Of a DNA stretch of 64,000 bases, positions 1 through 10,266 are shown piece by piece; within the stretch, counting starts at the first letter, position 1, and each line of letters begins with the position of its first letter. A program made the translations under genes and the position numbers. The DNA comes from an uncultured Methanoregulaceae archaeon (GTDB lineage Archaea; Halobacteriota; Methanomicrobia; Methanomicrobiales; Methanospirillaceae). The notes beneath the pieces are model-generated. The model had not been told where the DNA came from. It worked only from the letters and a program-made list of their open reading frames with translations, and ran no database searches. The DNA lies in assembly GCA_963705255.1 (NCBI GenBank), contig OY970061.1:1696001-1760000 (forward strand), given 5' to 3'.

Positions 1-146
1 ACGTCCGCTCCCCGCAGCCCGTAATCGATCTGGCAGAACTCGCCGACCACGATGTTCCTTAAGGTCCTGATGCTGTGCTCCTGCAGCTCGGTCCCGTCGG
101 GGAGGAGGCAGTGCTTGTGCCAGTTCTTTACGGTTCTCTCTCTCAT
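1..146 (-). CDS. 5' part of a beta-helix/bactofilin-like (COG4801-type) protein, runs off the window
   Basis: Manual translation from ATG 146: MRERTVKNWHKHCLLPDGTELQEHSIRTLRNIVVGEFCQIDYGLRGAD; lies directly downstream of apgM. Confidence 0.55.
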   Translation of the reverse strand, partial: MRERTVKNWHKHCLLPDGTELQEHSIRTLRNIVVGEFCQIDYGLRGAD

Positions 147-165
147 TCGTACCCCGGAAGTGCCC

Positions 166-1401
166 TTACGCCCCGTACTTGTGCGCCCTGTTGATGAGGT
201 CGAGGGCAATCGGCATCAGGGCAGGGCCGGTGATGCGGGAGAGGTCGCCCTTCGCGCAGGAATACTCGTCGAACCTGACCACGTCGTCCATGCGGACGCC
301 GTCCCCCCGGATGATGACCGGCACGGGGTCGGCGGAATGGTCCTTGATGGTGCACGGCGTGGAATGGTCGCCGCAGATGATGATGATGCAGTCGCGGCAG
401 GCCAGCAGGGGTTCGAGCACGGCATCGATCTTCTCGATAAAATTCCGTTTCTGTTCCGCGAGCCCGTCGTGCCCTGACTCGTCGGCGCCCTTGATGTTGA
501 CCAGCACGAAGTCCTTTGTCTCCAGTTCCTTCTGCGCTGCTGTGATCTTACCGGCGATATTGCTGTCCTGAGAACCGGTGATGCCCGGTACCGGGACGTG
601 CTCAAGGCCGACTGCCCTGCCGATGCCGGTGATGAGGCTCGCGGCAGCGATGACGCTGCCGGAGAGGCCGTACTTCCGTTCGAACGGCTCGAAGTTTCCC
701 ATCTCGCCGGCCCCCCGCATCAGGACGATGTTTGCCGGGCTGAGGCCTTTTTTCACCCGGTCCCTGTTGATAGGGTGATCGAAGAGGATCCGTGTCGACT
801 GCTTCACGAACTCGTTGCAGACCGCCGCGGTCTTCTCGTGCTCCTCTCCTTTTTTGACCGCCGTGACCGTGAGCGGTTTTACCCCCTCCACCTTGGGGTC
901 GTTTGAGGAGACGCAGTGCCCGAGACCTTCGCCTTTGAGGGCGAGCGCTGCACGGTGGCCGGCCCCGGAGCGGAACGTGAACTCTACGCCGGACTCCGAG
1001 AGATCGACCCCGTCCTGGATCGCTTTACTCAACGCAGCGGTGTCGTGGATCCGCCCGGCCCGCCGGTCGAGGACGATGCCCTCTCTGGAGACCGTGGCAT
1101 AGTTGCAGCGGAACCCGATCATGCCCGGCTCCATGTGAATCCCCGAACCTTCACATTCGAGCGGTCCCCTGCCGGTGTAATACGTGTGCGGGTCATAGCC
1201 GAGGAGGGCGAGGTGGGCCGTGTCGGACCCCGGACGGATACCGGGCGCGATGGTATCCATGATCCCGCAGATCCCTTCGGCCGCGAGTTTGTCGAGGACG
1301 GGTGTCCGTGCCGCCGCGAGCGGGGTGGTGCCGCCGAGCTCGGGACAGGGGCGGTCCGATATCCCGTCGAGGACGATGAACAGGATCTTGTGTGCCGTCA
1401 T
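166..1401 (-). CDS. apgM: 2,3-bisphosphoglycerate-independent phosphoglycerate mutase (archaeal)
   Basis: LDGISDRP, PGSDTAHL, YTGRGPLE, DESGHDG, GDHSTP and HSADPVP motifs. Confidence 0.95.
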   Translation of the reverse strand: MTAHKILFIVLDGISDRPCPELGGTTPLAAARTPVLDKLAAEGICGIMDTIAPGIRPGSDTAHLALLGYDPHTYYTGRGPLECEGSGIHMEPGMIGFRCNYATVSREGIVLDRRAGRIHDTAALSKAIQDGVDLSESGVEFTFRSGAGHRAALALKGEGLGHCVSSNDPKVEGVKPLTVTAVKKGEEHEKTAAVCNEFVKQSTRILFDHPINRDRVKKGLSPANIVLMRGAGEMGNFEPFERKYGLSGSVIAAASLITGIGRAVGLEHVPVPGITGSQDSNIAGKITAAQKELETKDFVLVNIKGADESGHDGLAEQKRNFIEKIDAVLEPLLACRDCIIIICGDHSTPCTIKDHSADPVPVIIRGDGVRMDDVVRFDEYSCAKGDLSRITGPALMPIALDLINRAHKYGA

Positions 1402-1449
1402 GCGTATGGAATGGTTGGGTGCATGGGGTAATTATGTTTCTTGATGACT

Positions 1450-1762
1450 GCCGTTCCCGCAGGGAAGGGTAGGCAGGAGAAGAACCCACAGGGTTCTTCG
1501 ACTTGACGGCGGTTGCCGCAAGGCAAGAGCTGGTTAGAGAAAAATCCGTAAGGATTTTTCGAACTGTCGAACCCTCCCTTCAGGGAGGGTGAGACAGGAG
1601 AAGACCATCAGGTCTTCGACCGAACCCGTCAGGGTTCTTCGAAATACCCACCGTTCCCATCAGTAAGGGTAAGGCAGGAGAAGAGTTCGAAGAGTTCTGA
1701 TGAACTCTTCTCGTCTTCGAAGTCCTGATGGACTTCTCAGAACCCGTCAGGGTTTTTCGATC
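1450..1762. repeat. Tandem/nested array of short palindromic (REP-like) hairpin modules
   Basis: Recurrent GAGAAG(A)-stem-loop-(T)CTTCGA units in both orientations, e.g. GAACCC-ACA-GGGTTC, AAAAATCC-GTAA-GGATTTTT, GAAGACC-ATCA-GGTCTTC, GAACCC-GTCA-GGGTTC. Confidence 0.8.
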
Positions 1763-1932
1763 TGGCTGTTGATAACGCATCCTGATGTAAATTAATTTCA
1801 GGATTTTATAATTGCTTTTTTTGGGGAAAGATTTATAAACCATATTGGATAATTTCAGATTGCCTGACATCAATGGCTGGTATTGATGAAAGGGAAAGGG
1901 TAGTGCAATTATGGTGGATGTGAGGTACTTTT

Positions 1933-2499
1933 ACGGCGGTCAAAGTAGCTGATCAGACCGCAAACCCGGCACCGCTGGGCCTTCTGGCATTCGGTATGAC
2001 CACGGTTCTTCTGAACCTGCACAATGCCGGGCTCTTTGCGATGGGATCAGCGATCTTTACGATGGGGATATTCTTCGGCGGGATTGCGCAGATCATCGCA
2101 GGTATCATGGAATGGAAGAAGAACAATACGTTCGGCACGACCGCATTCGTCTCATACGGTTTCTTCTGGATCTCGCTCGTAGGCCTGATCCTCATGCCGG
2201 TGCTCGGCTGGAGCGGCCCGCTCGAGATGAAAGCGCTCGTATCATTCCTCACCATATGGGGTTTGTTCTCATTTGTGATGTTCATCATCACGTTCAGGCT
2301 GTCAAAAGCGCTCCAGGTGGTCTTCGGGCTCCTGACGTTATTGTTCCTCCTCCTGATCGCAGGGAACGTGACCGGCAGCGTTGCTGTCCTCCAGATTGCC
2401 GGTATCGTGGGCATTATCTGCGGACTCTCCGCGATGTACACCGGCCTCGGGCAGCTGATGAATGAAGTGTACAAAGAGCCGATCATCAGACTCGGGTGA
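1933..2499 (+). CDS. satP: Acetate uptake transporter, SatP/GPR1/FUN34/YaaH family
   Basis: The ANPAPLGLLAFGMTT signature is in frame upstream of the ORF-track start; also NTFGTTAF and YGFFW. The apparent start at 1933 is ACG, after a GAGGT RBS. Confidence 0.9.
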   Translation, partial: TAVKVADQTANPAPLGLLAFGMTTVLLNLHNAGLFAMGSAIFTMGIFFGGIAQIIAGIMEWKKNNTFGTTAFVSYGFFWISLVGLILMPVLGWSGPLEMKALVSFLTIWGLFSFVMFIITFRLSKALQVVFGLLTLLFLLLIAGNVTGSVAVLQIAGIVGIICGLSAMYTGLGQLMNEVYKEPIIRLG

Positions 2500-2505
2500 T
2501 CCGGA

Positions 2506-3984
2506 ATGACGGATTTGACAGCGTATGAATATTTTTTCAAAAAAGATCCGGTAGCGCATATCATTACCGACCACGAAGGTAAAATCCTTGAAGCCAATGA
2601 AGGGTTCTGTACCATAGTCGGTACACCCATGGATCGTGTCCTGACGATCAAGATGTCTGACTTCAGGGCACAGGGAATTCTCAAGTACCTCGAGGATAAA
2701 GGAGGCTCGTTTGCGGATTGCCTGGCGAAGAAACAGGTCACCGTCGGAGAATCGACCTGGCAGGCACCCAGCGGCGTCCACACGGTGATGCGCACGAATA
2801 TCCCTCTCCTGGATGAGAAGGGGAATCTCAAGTACGTCTATGTATCCTATGTCGAGATCACAAAAGTCGTGAAAACCCGGAAATTCATGGAGCATGAAGT
2901 CGAGGAGCTTGCAAAGGCATATGCGGAGATTGCAAAGGGCGATCTGACGATACGATACGAGATTACCAAGCCTGACACCGATACAAAAGAGGTATATGAG
3001 CAGATCGTCAGGCTGCGGGATGCAGTGCGGGGCGTTATCATCAATCTCCAGATCAGCATCAAGGATGTCAACAGGCAGATGCAGAACCTGACCTCAACTG
3101 CGGGGAATGCAGCCCGCAGCATTGAAGACGGTTCCAAGGGTGTCCAGCAGATCGCTATAAATGCCGGAAAAGTGAGCGAGAACGCCGAGAAGGCATCACA
3201 GAATGTCGACCAGATCACCAAAGCCATGCAGGACATGAGTGCCGGAGTAGAAGAGATCACCTCCAGCATGGAATCCGTGTCTAACCTTACAAAAGAGACC
3301 AACGATCTCTCCAAGAAGGGCGCGGAGCTTGCCGGGAAGGCGGAAAAAAGCATGGGGGAGATCTCCGTCTCGTCGGCAAAGGTTTATGAAATTGTTGCCG
3401 ATGTAGAAAAACAGATGGGGGAGATCTCAAAGATTGTCCTCCTTATCAGGGAGATTGCAAACCAGACCAACCTGCTCGCCCTCAATGCGGCCATCGAGGC
3501 TGCCCGCGCCGGTGATGCCGGGCGGGGATTTGCCGTTGTTGCCACGGAAGTGAAATCCCTTGCCGAGGAGTCGAGGAAATCGGCAGAACAGATCGAAGAG
3601 ATGATTATCCGCCTCAAGAAGAGCACCGGGAATGCATCCAAGGCCATGGGTAATGAAAAACAGATCGTTGACCTTGGTGCAAAGATGGTGACCGAAACGC
3701 TGCAGTCGTTCAATAAAATTGCCACGGCGGTTGACAAGGTGGCAAACAGCGTCTCTGAAGTCGCCGCAGCCACTGAAGAGCAGGCGGCAACAACCGAAGA
3801 GATCACGGCGAGCGTCAACGAAGTGGCCAGCCTAGTCGAGCGGACGGCAAAAGAGGCCGGTGATGCCGCTGCAGCTACCGAAGAATCGTCTGCCGCCCTG
3901 GATGAGATCACCCGCATGGTGGAAACCGTGAACAAAGTCGCTGTCGGGGCAATGGAAGCGAACAAGAAGTTCAAGGTGGAATGA
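2506..3984 (+). CDS. Soluble PAS-domain methyl-accepting chemotaxis protein
   Basis: N-terminal PAS; [30 protein letters not shown] signalling hairpin; no TM segment seen. Confidence 0.93.
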   Translation: MTDLTAYEYFFKKDPVAHIITDHEGKILEANEGFCTIVGTPMDRVLTIKMSDFRAQGILKYLEDKGGSFADCLAKKQVTVGESTWQAPSGVHTVMRTNIPLLDEKGNLKYVYVSYVEITKVVKTRKFMEHEVEELAKAYAEIAKGDLTIRYEITKPDTDTKEVYEQIVRLRDAVRGVIINLQISIKDVNRQMQNLTSTAGNAARSIEDGSKGVQQIAINAGKVSENAEKASQNVDQITKAMQDMSAGVEEITSSMESVSNLTKETNDLSKKGAELAGKAEKSMGEISVSSAKVYEIVADVEKQMGEISKIVLLIREIANQTNLLALNAAIEAARAGDAGRGFAVVATEVKSLAEESRKSAEQIEEMIIRLKKSTGNASKAMGNEKQIVDLGAKMVTETLQSFNKIATAVDKVANSVSEVAAATEEQAATTEEITASVNEVASLVERTAKEAGDAAAATEESSAALDEITRMVETVNKVAVGAMEANKKFKVE

Positions 3985-3998
3985 GGGGGGTGCGTTAC

Positions 3999-4553
3999 AT
4001 GGCACCTGCAACGGTTGACAAGGCCCTCCAGCCCAAACCGGTGAAAGGAACAGGCACAGGGAAAAACAGCCGTGATACGATCCAGGTAGTGGAATTCCTT
4101 CTGGGCGGCGAACGCTTTGCCATCGATCTCTTTGACGTCAGGGAAGTTGTGGAATATACCTCCATAACAAAACTCCCGAACGCGTCCCCGTATGTCAGGG
4201 GAATCATTGACCTCAGGGGCGAGATCACCACTATCATCGATCTCAAGCACCGGCTCAATATCACGGAAGCGGGCGGCGTGGCGGTAGAATCATCGCGCAT
4301 CATCGTGCTGGACAATAAGAATACCGGCTCCAAGATCGGGATCCTTGTAGATGATGTCACTTCTGTTTCCACGGTTGAAGGAAACCAGGTGGATTACACA
4401 TCTGCGTCAGTGAGCAGGGAAGATACCGCAATCATCGGCATCATTAAACGGAAAGTAAAGGAAAAAGAGAAGGAGACCCATGAACTGATCATCTGGATCG
4501 ACATCAAGCAGCTCCTTCGGGATATTGATATCGGCACGAAGAAAGATGCCTGA
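3999..4553 (+). CDS. cheW: Chemotaxis coupling protein CheW
   Basis: QVVEFLLG, VRGIIDLRGEITTIIDL, IGILVDDV. Confidence 0.92.
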   Translation: MAPATVDKALQPKPVKGTGTGKNSRDTIQVVEFLLGGERFAIDLFDVREVVEYTSITKLPNASPYVRGIIDLRGEITTIIDLKHRLNITEAGGVAVESSRIIVLDNKNTGSKIGILVDDVTSVSTVEGNQVDYTSASVSREDTAIIGIIKRKVKEKEKETHELIIWIDIKQLLRDIDIGTKKDA

Positions 4554-4729
4554 CCCGGATCTCGCGGCTCGAAAATAAATTTCATGATATGGCTCTTGAA
4601 ATGTCCTACCGTGTATCACGCATTTTGCATAATGATTGCGATTAAGCCGGTGGCTCATGAAGGTCCCGGTACGGAAAAATAGGTATCGGGAAATAGTATA
4701 TCATTATCATCGAAGCAGGTGCCGGACCT

Positions 4730-5327
4730 TTGAAGCATTCGCTTGCCATTTTTTTCCTGTGCTTTCTCCTCATCATCCTGGCCGTGTACATGAACCCGGC
4801 ATCGAAGGAACATTTCACAACACAAAATCAGACCCCGGTGCAGACCCTATCCGTTCCCCCTACTGCCGCCTTCTCAACACCAGATACCGCGCCCACCCTT
4901 CAGATTCTCAGGCCCGTCTCCATCCCACAGGATATCCACGGCTGCCCGGCAACCCTCACGCATCCCCCGGAAGAATTCGTATGTCCCCGGGATTTGCCGC
5001 CAGCCCCGGAAACATACCCTGTTGCAGATCCCCTGCATCCCACGCAGCAGGAGATGGATGCGCTTCCCGTGAATTTCCCCGGGATCGAGAGGACCCTGCT
5101 CGTTACAGCGGCCCTGAAAGATCCCTGCGTGATCGAATTTCTCCAGTCCGGAGGGAATATTGAGGGAATAACCGATCAGCCGCGTCCCTCGAATGGAAAA
5201 GAGACCGTGCGATGGCCCCCGGTAGTGCTGGCCTATCGCCGTATCAACTGTACCTGAGATGATAGTGCTGTTTGACATCGATCCTTCCGCGGGAAATGTC
5301 AGCGGGATCAGGATAGAACTGAAATAG
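4730..5327 (+). CDS. Secreted/membrane-anchored hypothetical protein, frameshift near 5255
   Basis: Hydrophobic N-terminus and P/T-rich linker; continues as EMIVLFDIDPSAGNVSGIRIELK* in another frame. Confidence 0.55.
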
Positions 5328-5521
5328 TGGTCCAAGGGTAGCACCGGATGCAAGCCGATCCGGGAATTAATTTTTATTGTCACTTCCGGACCCGGCAATT
5401 TTTCAAAATACTACATTGTTGACTATGATAAAATCAAAAAATTTATTCTCATGGGATAGGGTTTGAATTCTATCCAAACCCGGTTCGAAAGATAAGGAAG
5501 TTTACCCTGTTTTTCACAATG

Positions 5522-6203
5522 TCACTCTTTTTTTCGGTTATTAAATGAGGCCGAAAGGAGAATCCCGGCAAAAATTGCAATGACCGGTACTATCACGGGG
5601 AGCGGGGTGACCTGACGGGTCGGAGAGGTACTGATCCCGATGCGTGTACCAGGTACTGGCGGAGGGAGACGGTTGCACCTGGACGGTGGTTGGAGTGGAT
5701 GTTTGATTTGGAGCGATTCTGCTTTCCGGTGAGACCATAAAAAAATGCTGTTCAGCTTCAGCAGATACGGAGGTCTCCAAGGATTCGACATACACCACAT
5801 ATTCATCGGGTGTCACATTTTCGAAGCTGGGTGTCGGATAATAATTGGGCGGTTCGGTATAAATCTCCCATCGGGATGGTATGATCGCGGCAGACCAGGA
5901 ATTGACCCCCCTTTCTCCGGGTCGTATGGACACATCTGACGTATAAAAAGATGATCCGAATCCACCGGGGTTAAAACCGGCCCATCCGATGTAAAGAAGG
6001 AGAGAATCGTTCAAAGCCACCAGATTCGTTGTCCCGTTGATAAAGAATGCATCGCCAACCCTGTGGTTCCCGATGGGATCGATTGTTATAAACGGAGTCG
6101 TGACCGGGGTTACATTGCCCTTTTCAGCCCCCGCTGCCGGGACTACTATCATCGCCGCAAGGAGTATGGTATACGATGCCAGAACTAGTATTTTCGACTT
6201 CAT
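5522..6203 (-). CDS. Surface protein with signal peptide and C-terminal anchor, frameshift near 5625
   Basis: Signal peptide; FITIDPIGNH..GD.F.INGTTNL domain; T-rich linker, then TPLP-TM-RKKE in a shifted frame. Confidence 0.7.
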
Positions 6204-6246
6204 CTCATGTACGTTCCGTTGCACATTTTTCACGGTAGTGAAAAAA

Positions 6247-7002
6247 TTATGGCACCTTCACCGGGTCTGCCGGGACTTCGGTACCGAGATCGTACACCCT
6301 GGTCATGAACCTCGCCTGGAAGGTCGAGAGGAGAGGCGCAATGATAAGGATCAGGAGAAGGAACAGGCCGAGCGCGATGAAAATATGCCCAACGAAAAAA
6401 CCCACGAAAATGACGATCATCTCGACAATGAACAGGGGAAGGCCGATGATGAGCAGGAGAACGATGAGCGCGAGGATGTAGGTCAGCCACCCGATCTTCC
6501 CGATGTGCCCGATGATTGCCCTGAAATTGAACGCCTCGAAGAAATCCCGGGTCCGGGCAAACCGGATGGAGGCTATCGGGAGGAGGATCGCGATGATGAT
6601 ATCCACGATGACCATGATCAGTATCGAGAGGAATACGAGGCCGACCGTCTGCCCGGCCGCCCCCATGTCGAACGGTTGTACGGTGCCGACCGGCGCCGGC
6701 GCCATGGCCGTGGCATGCCGGAAGAAGTAGGGAGCGAGGGCGATGATGATGACCGGGATCGCGTAGATCAGGCCGATGACCATCAGCTTCAGGCCGTCGA
6801 TGAAGAGCGCGCCCCAGTCCTCCACCGCCGGGGCCGGAGTCGCCCCCCGGTAGATCCGGATGATGTAACCGGAGAGAGGTATTCCAAGGAGGATCGTTCC
6901 GAGGATCAGCCGAACCCACCGGTCCGTTCGTTCATATACACCTTCTTTTGCATACGCAAATGCGTCGTGCACCATCATGTCGTAATCTGCCAACTGGTTC
7001 AC
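6247..7002 (-). CDS. DUF4013-like membrane protein
   Basis: GYIIRIYRG, WGALFIDGLK, ASIRFART, AFNF motifs; multiple TM helices. Confidence 0.8.
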   Translation of the reverse strand: MNQLADYDMMVHDAFAYAKEGVYERTDRWVRLILGTILLGIPLSGYIIRIYRGATPAPAVEDWGALFIDGLKLMVIGLIYAIPVIIIALAPYFFRHATAMAPAPVGTVQPFDMGAAGQTVGLVFLSILIMVIVDIIIAILLPIASIRFARTRDFFEAFNFRAIIGHIGKIGWLTYILALIVLLLIIGLPLFIVEMIVIFVGFFVGHIFIALGLFLLLILIIAPLLSTFQARFMTRVYDLGTEVPADPVKVP

Positions 7003-7308
7003 CTGTCTGCTGTGGACGCTTTGGTTACTCTATTCTGTCCGCATCGAAGTATCAGACTAAATTTATAAAAATATTTGTAATTGTGGTTCTGACGTGTTAG
7101 CGGATCTCCAGGGAATTTTAACGAGGTGAAATACGAGCCATCAACGGTATACGCACCAGAACCCCAACCTCCGGATACGGCCGGATCGAATCTCCGGCAG
7201 GCAGGCTCACAAAAATAGTGCCCGACAGAACGAATTTACACAACAGAAAGATCAGGAATTCTCACATTATCCCATAAAAAACAGACAGATTCCCGGGTGT
7301 AAAAAAAA

Positions 7309-7914
7309 TTATGCCGTCGAGATCGGTGCTGCCACCTGCTCGACCTTGGACTTGATGACCTCGACCCTGCGGGTGGGGTAGATGGTCTTGACCGCCTTGA
7401 AGAGGTCGCGGGAGATCTCGCCCGAGACGATCCCGTTCAGGAGGGTGGTCAGGTCCCATGCGGATGCCTGTGCGGCAATGCCCTGGAGGATCGCGTTCCG
7501 GATCGCGTGCTCCTGCGAGAGGTTGGCACGGGCGAACGTGTAGGTGCAGACCGTCAGCCTGACCTTCTTGCCATCCTTGGTGACGACCGGGACGATGGTG
7601 TCCACGCGGGAGCTCCGGCGCTTGACGAGCGAGCGGAGGTAGTCGCGGGTGACTTCGTGGCCCACGAACTCGGTGTATGCCGAGTCGCCGGTAACGGTTT
7701 GGATCTTAAAGCTCATCTTCATGTGCTGCTTGGCGTAGTCATTCGTGATCTCGCCGAGCGTTGCGGTCATGATGCGGCCGACAACGCTCTCAGCATCGTT
7801 TGCGATGGTGTCACCGATGTACGCCTTCCCGAGGTTGTCGGGGACGTGCACCTTGAACCAGCTCTTGGCTTTCCAGCCTTCAACTCTTCTTCCTACCTGT
7901 TTCTTCTTTGCCAT
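7309..7914 (-). CDS. rps3ae: 30S ribosomal protein S3Ae (eS1)
   Basis: WKAKSWFKV, DYLRSLVKRRSSRVD, IYPTRRVEVIKS. Confidence 0.96.
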   Translation of the reverse strand: MAKKKQVGRRVEGWKAKSWFKVHVPDNLGKAYIGDTIANDAESVVGRIMTATLGEITNDYAKQHMKMSFKIQTVTGDSAYTEFVGHEVTRDYLRSLVKRRSSRVDTIVPVVTKDGKKVRLTVCTYTFARANLSQEHAIRNAILQGIAAQASAWDLTTLLNGIVSGEISRDLFKAVKTIYPTRRVEVIKSKVEQVAAPISTA

Positions 7915-7918
7915 AGTA

Positions 7919-8158
7919 TCACCTGGTTGGTTTCCTGTTGTTGCGGAGCGAAGATGCGTCCTGTGCTACTGCAAGGTTCATCAGATAATCGTCCACTGAT
8001 GCGATGACCGACCGGAGCTGCGTCCCGGTGATCGTCGTGATGACCCGGTCTCCTTCTGCCGTTGTCGACATGCTGCGCAGGTTGTCGGGCGACAACGCGG
8101 CGGCGACGCAACCGGCATTGGTGTGCCGGGTGGTGATGGTGCCGCTGACCTGCATCAT
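7919..8158 (-). CDS. pcc1: KEOPS complex subunit Pcc1
   Basis: ALSPDN and [15 protein letters not shown] motifs; conserved rps15-DHH-pcc1-rps3ae gene order. Confidence 0.85.
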   Translation of the reverse strand: MMQVSGTITTRHTNAGCVAAALSPDNLRSMSTTAEGDRVITTITGTQLRSVIASVDDYLMNLAVAQDASSLRNNRKPTR

Positions 8159-9384
8159 GCAGCAAGCGCCTCCTGCCAGCCTTTCGTAAATATCCCGATC
8201 CGATCGCAGGGGACGGTTGCACCGGCCCGGCGGTTGTGCCCGCCGCCGTTGCCCCCGCAGGCCGCTGCCAGTTCCCGGACTTTCGGCCCGATGTCTGCAT
8301 CGGAACCGGCGGGAGTGCGGGCCGAGATGCGGCACGCGCCGCCGCTCTTCGCGTAGACCAGTACCGGGCCTGCTGCGGGAATGTCGCGGGCAAGGATATC
8401 GGCGACATCGCTCGCGAGTGCCGGATCCTTCACTTCGTAGACCCCTGCAACCCCCCCGAGCGGGCGGGCATCCCTGACCGCCCCGATGACCTTCACCCGG
8501 TGCTGGCGGGCGATCTCCCATGCCCGGTCGAGATCGTGGGACGACCTCAGGCAGAGGGTTGCGCCGATATCCCCGTTCCCGCTCTTGCCGCAGGCATCGA
8601 TGACCGCGCTGAGCGCGTGGGCGTCCTCGATCACCTCCCGCTGGAGGTGGAAGGTATCGCCGTAGACTGCCTGCAGGGCGGCAGGGGTAGTTTTCGGTGC
8701 CGCTTCGAGCACCACCCGCGAGAGCAGGGTATCGAGCCGGAGGGGGTTCTCGCCGGACGCCTTGTCCCGGGCCTGGTCGATGAGGTCAGCGACGACCTGC
8801 TCGGCGCCGCTGATGCCGTCGAGGTACGGGCTGATCGCCGTGTACCAGCGCTCGGTCATGTCCCGGCCCGGCAGTTTCAGCCCCCTGTCCGGCACGATGA
8901 TCCCGTTCGCTATCCCCTCGTTGAAGATCTCGAGGTTCTTCCCCGCGATCTCCTGCCCGTCGCCGATGATGCCGGGGATCACGAGCCCGGCGAGGTCGCG
9001 GTTGTCGCCCATCTCCTGGGCAACGAAGTACGCGGTGCCTGCCGCGGAAAGTTCGCGATCGCCGTCGATACCGGAGAGCCGCGGGTTCACGTGGAGTTCC
9101 CCTTCGAAGAGCGGGAGGTGGTGGTCGACCACCATGGTCGCCGGTGGGAGGTTCTCCATGCCCGAGCCGGTATCGCAGAGAAGATATGCAGCATCCCCGG
9201 TAAGATCGGCAACGCTGACCTCCTGCCGCACCCGGAGCCGGAACCGTATCCCTGCACGGAGCATCGCGTGGCAGAGGATCGAGGCGGCTGCTATGCCGTC
9301 TGCGTCGTGGTGCGCGAACACCTCGACGAACTCCTGCTTCCGGATCGTTCCGGCAACGGTTTCTGCTGCGGTCTCAAGCGACAT
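8155..9384 (-). CDS. DHH-family phosphoesterase (RecJ/GAN-like)
   Basis: [21 protein letters not shown]; starts MSLETAA; fused to rps15 in the ORF track only because of an indel. Confidence 0.9.
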   Translation of the reverse strand: MSLETAAETVAGTIRKQEFVEVFAHHDADGIAAASILCHAMLRAGIRFRLRVRQEVSVADLTGDAAYLLCDTGSGMENLPPATMVVDHHLPLFEGELHVNPRLSGIDGDRELSAAGTAYFVAQEMGDNRDLAGLVIPGIIGDGQEIAGKNLEIFNEGIANGIIVPDRGLKLPGRDMTERWYTAISPYLDGISGAEQVVADLIDQARDKASGENPLRLDTLLSRVVLEAAPKTTPAALQAVYGDTFHLQREVIEDAHALSAVIDACGKSGNGDIGATLCLRSSHDLDRAWEIARQHRVKVIGAVRDARPLGGVAGVYEVKDPALASDVADILARDIPAAGPVLVYAKSGGACRISARTPAGSDADIGPKVRELAAACGGNGGGHNRRAGATVPCDRIGIFTKGWQEALAA

Positions 9385-9409
9385 GGGTATGGCGGACGAT
9401 GGTGATGGA

Positions 9410-9867
9410 TTACCTGGACAGCAGGATCTCTGCGTTCTCCGGCTTGTAGACCCAGCCGGCGGGGAGCTCCTGCTTCCCGTGTAGTACTTCACGAGCCTTC
9501 TTACCTTGGACTCCATGAGCTGGAGCTGCCGCTTGTTGTGCAGATCCTTCTTATTCTCGGAGAGGTGCTTGCGCAGGCCCAGTGCCTTCTGGATGAGGTC
9601 GCGGAGGTCCTCGGGGATCTCGGACGCTGCCTTGTTCTCTTTCAGGATGTCCCCGATACGCTTGCCGGTGGCAAGTTTCACATCGGGAACGCCGTAGCGG
9701 TCCCGCAGGACCAGACCGATCTTGCTGCTCGATGCGCCTTCCTTGCGGAGTTCCAGGATGATCTTGGTGATCGCCGCGGAGTCGGTGTTCGACCACGCGG
9801 GTGCCTGTTTCCGGTACGGGCGGACTGAGCTCGACTTGCCCCTTCTTCGGGCATGCATTCGTGCCAT
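9410..9867 (-). CDS. rps15: 30S ribosomal protein S15 (uS15), one base missing near 9467
   Basis: [14 protein letters not shown]...[11 protein letters not shown]; adding one A restores [20 protein letters not shown]. Confidence 0.95.
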
Positions 9868-9879
9868 TGTAGAGCCTCC

Positions 9880-9995
9880 TAATCGACTAAACGTAAGTCC
9901 AGAAAAGTGCAGTACTGGTTACTGACTCTCTGTAATCCCAAAGCCATGCCTGAGGCAGTGCGGTGTCGCACGTCGGACTTACATCTGTCAGCACA
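9880..9995 (-). ncRNA. Putative S15 ribosomal protein leader (S15-Methanomicrobia type)
   Basis: 5' UTR of rps15 with a long closing stem GATGTAAGTCC...GGACTTACGTT upstream of the GGAGG RBS; this leader class is described in Methanomicrobia. Confidence 0.65.
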
Positions 9996-10266
9996 TGTTA
10001 AAAGTGCTGTCGTACTATTGGCGGCGGAGGGATAATAAGGGTATGGGTGGGGTGGTTGGGGCGGGAGGAAGGCAGCCCGGCACCATATCGGGAAGCAGCA
10101 GCGCGAACCGGTCTTCCTTCTGAACTGCCTGAATCATGCCGCAGATTCACCGGCCGTTCCCCGACTCGTTCGCATCTGCCTGATCGTTTTCCTCATTCGA
10201 TAATTATTTCCGTGATCCGAGTAACTACCCTCACATATATCAGCCGGCAGCCAGCACAGGAGCAGA

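Noticed and set aside
1450-1762. Possible CRISPR array
   Set aside because: No constant repeat with unique regular spacers, modules occur in both orientations, and there are no cas genes
8155-9867. Apparent uS15-DHH nuclease fusion (570 aa ORF)
   Set aside because: One missing A near 9467 removes the normal rps15 C-terminus and stop; DHH has its own ATG at 9384
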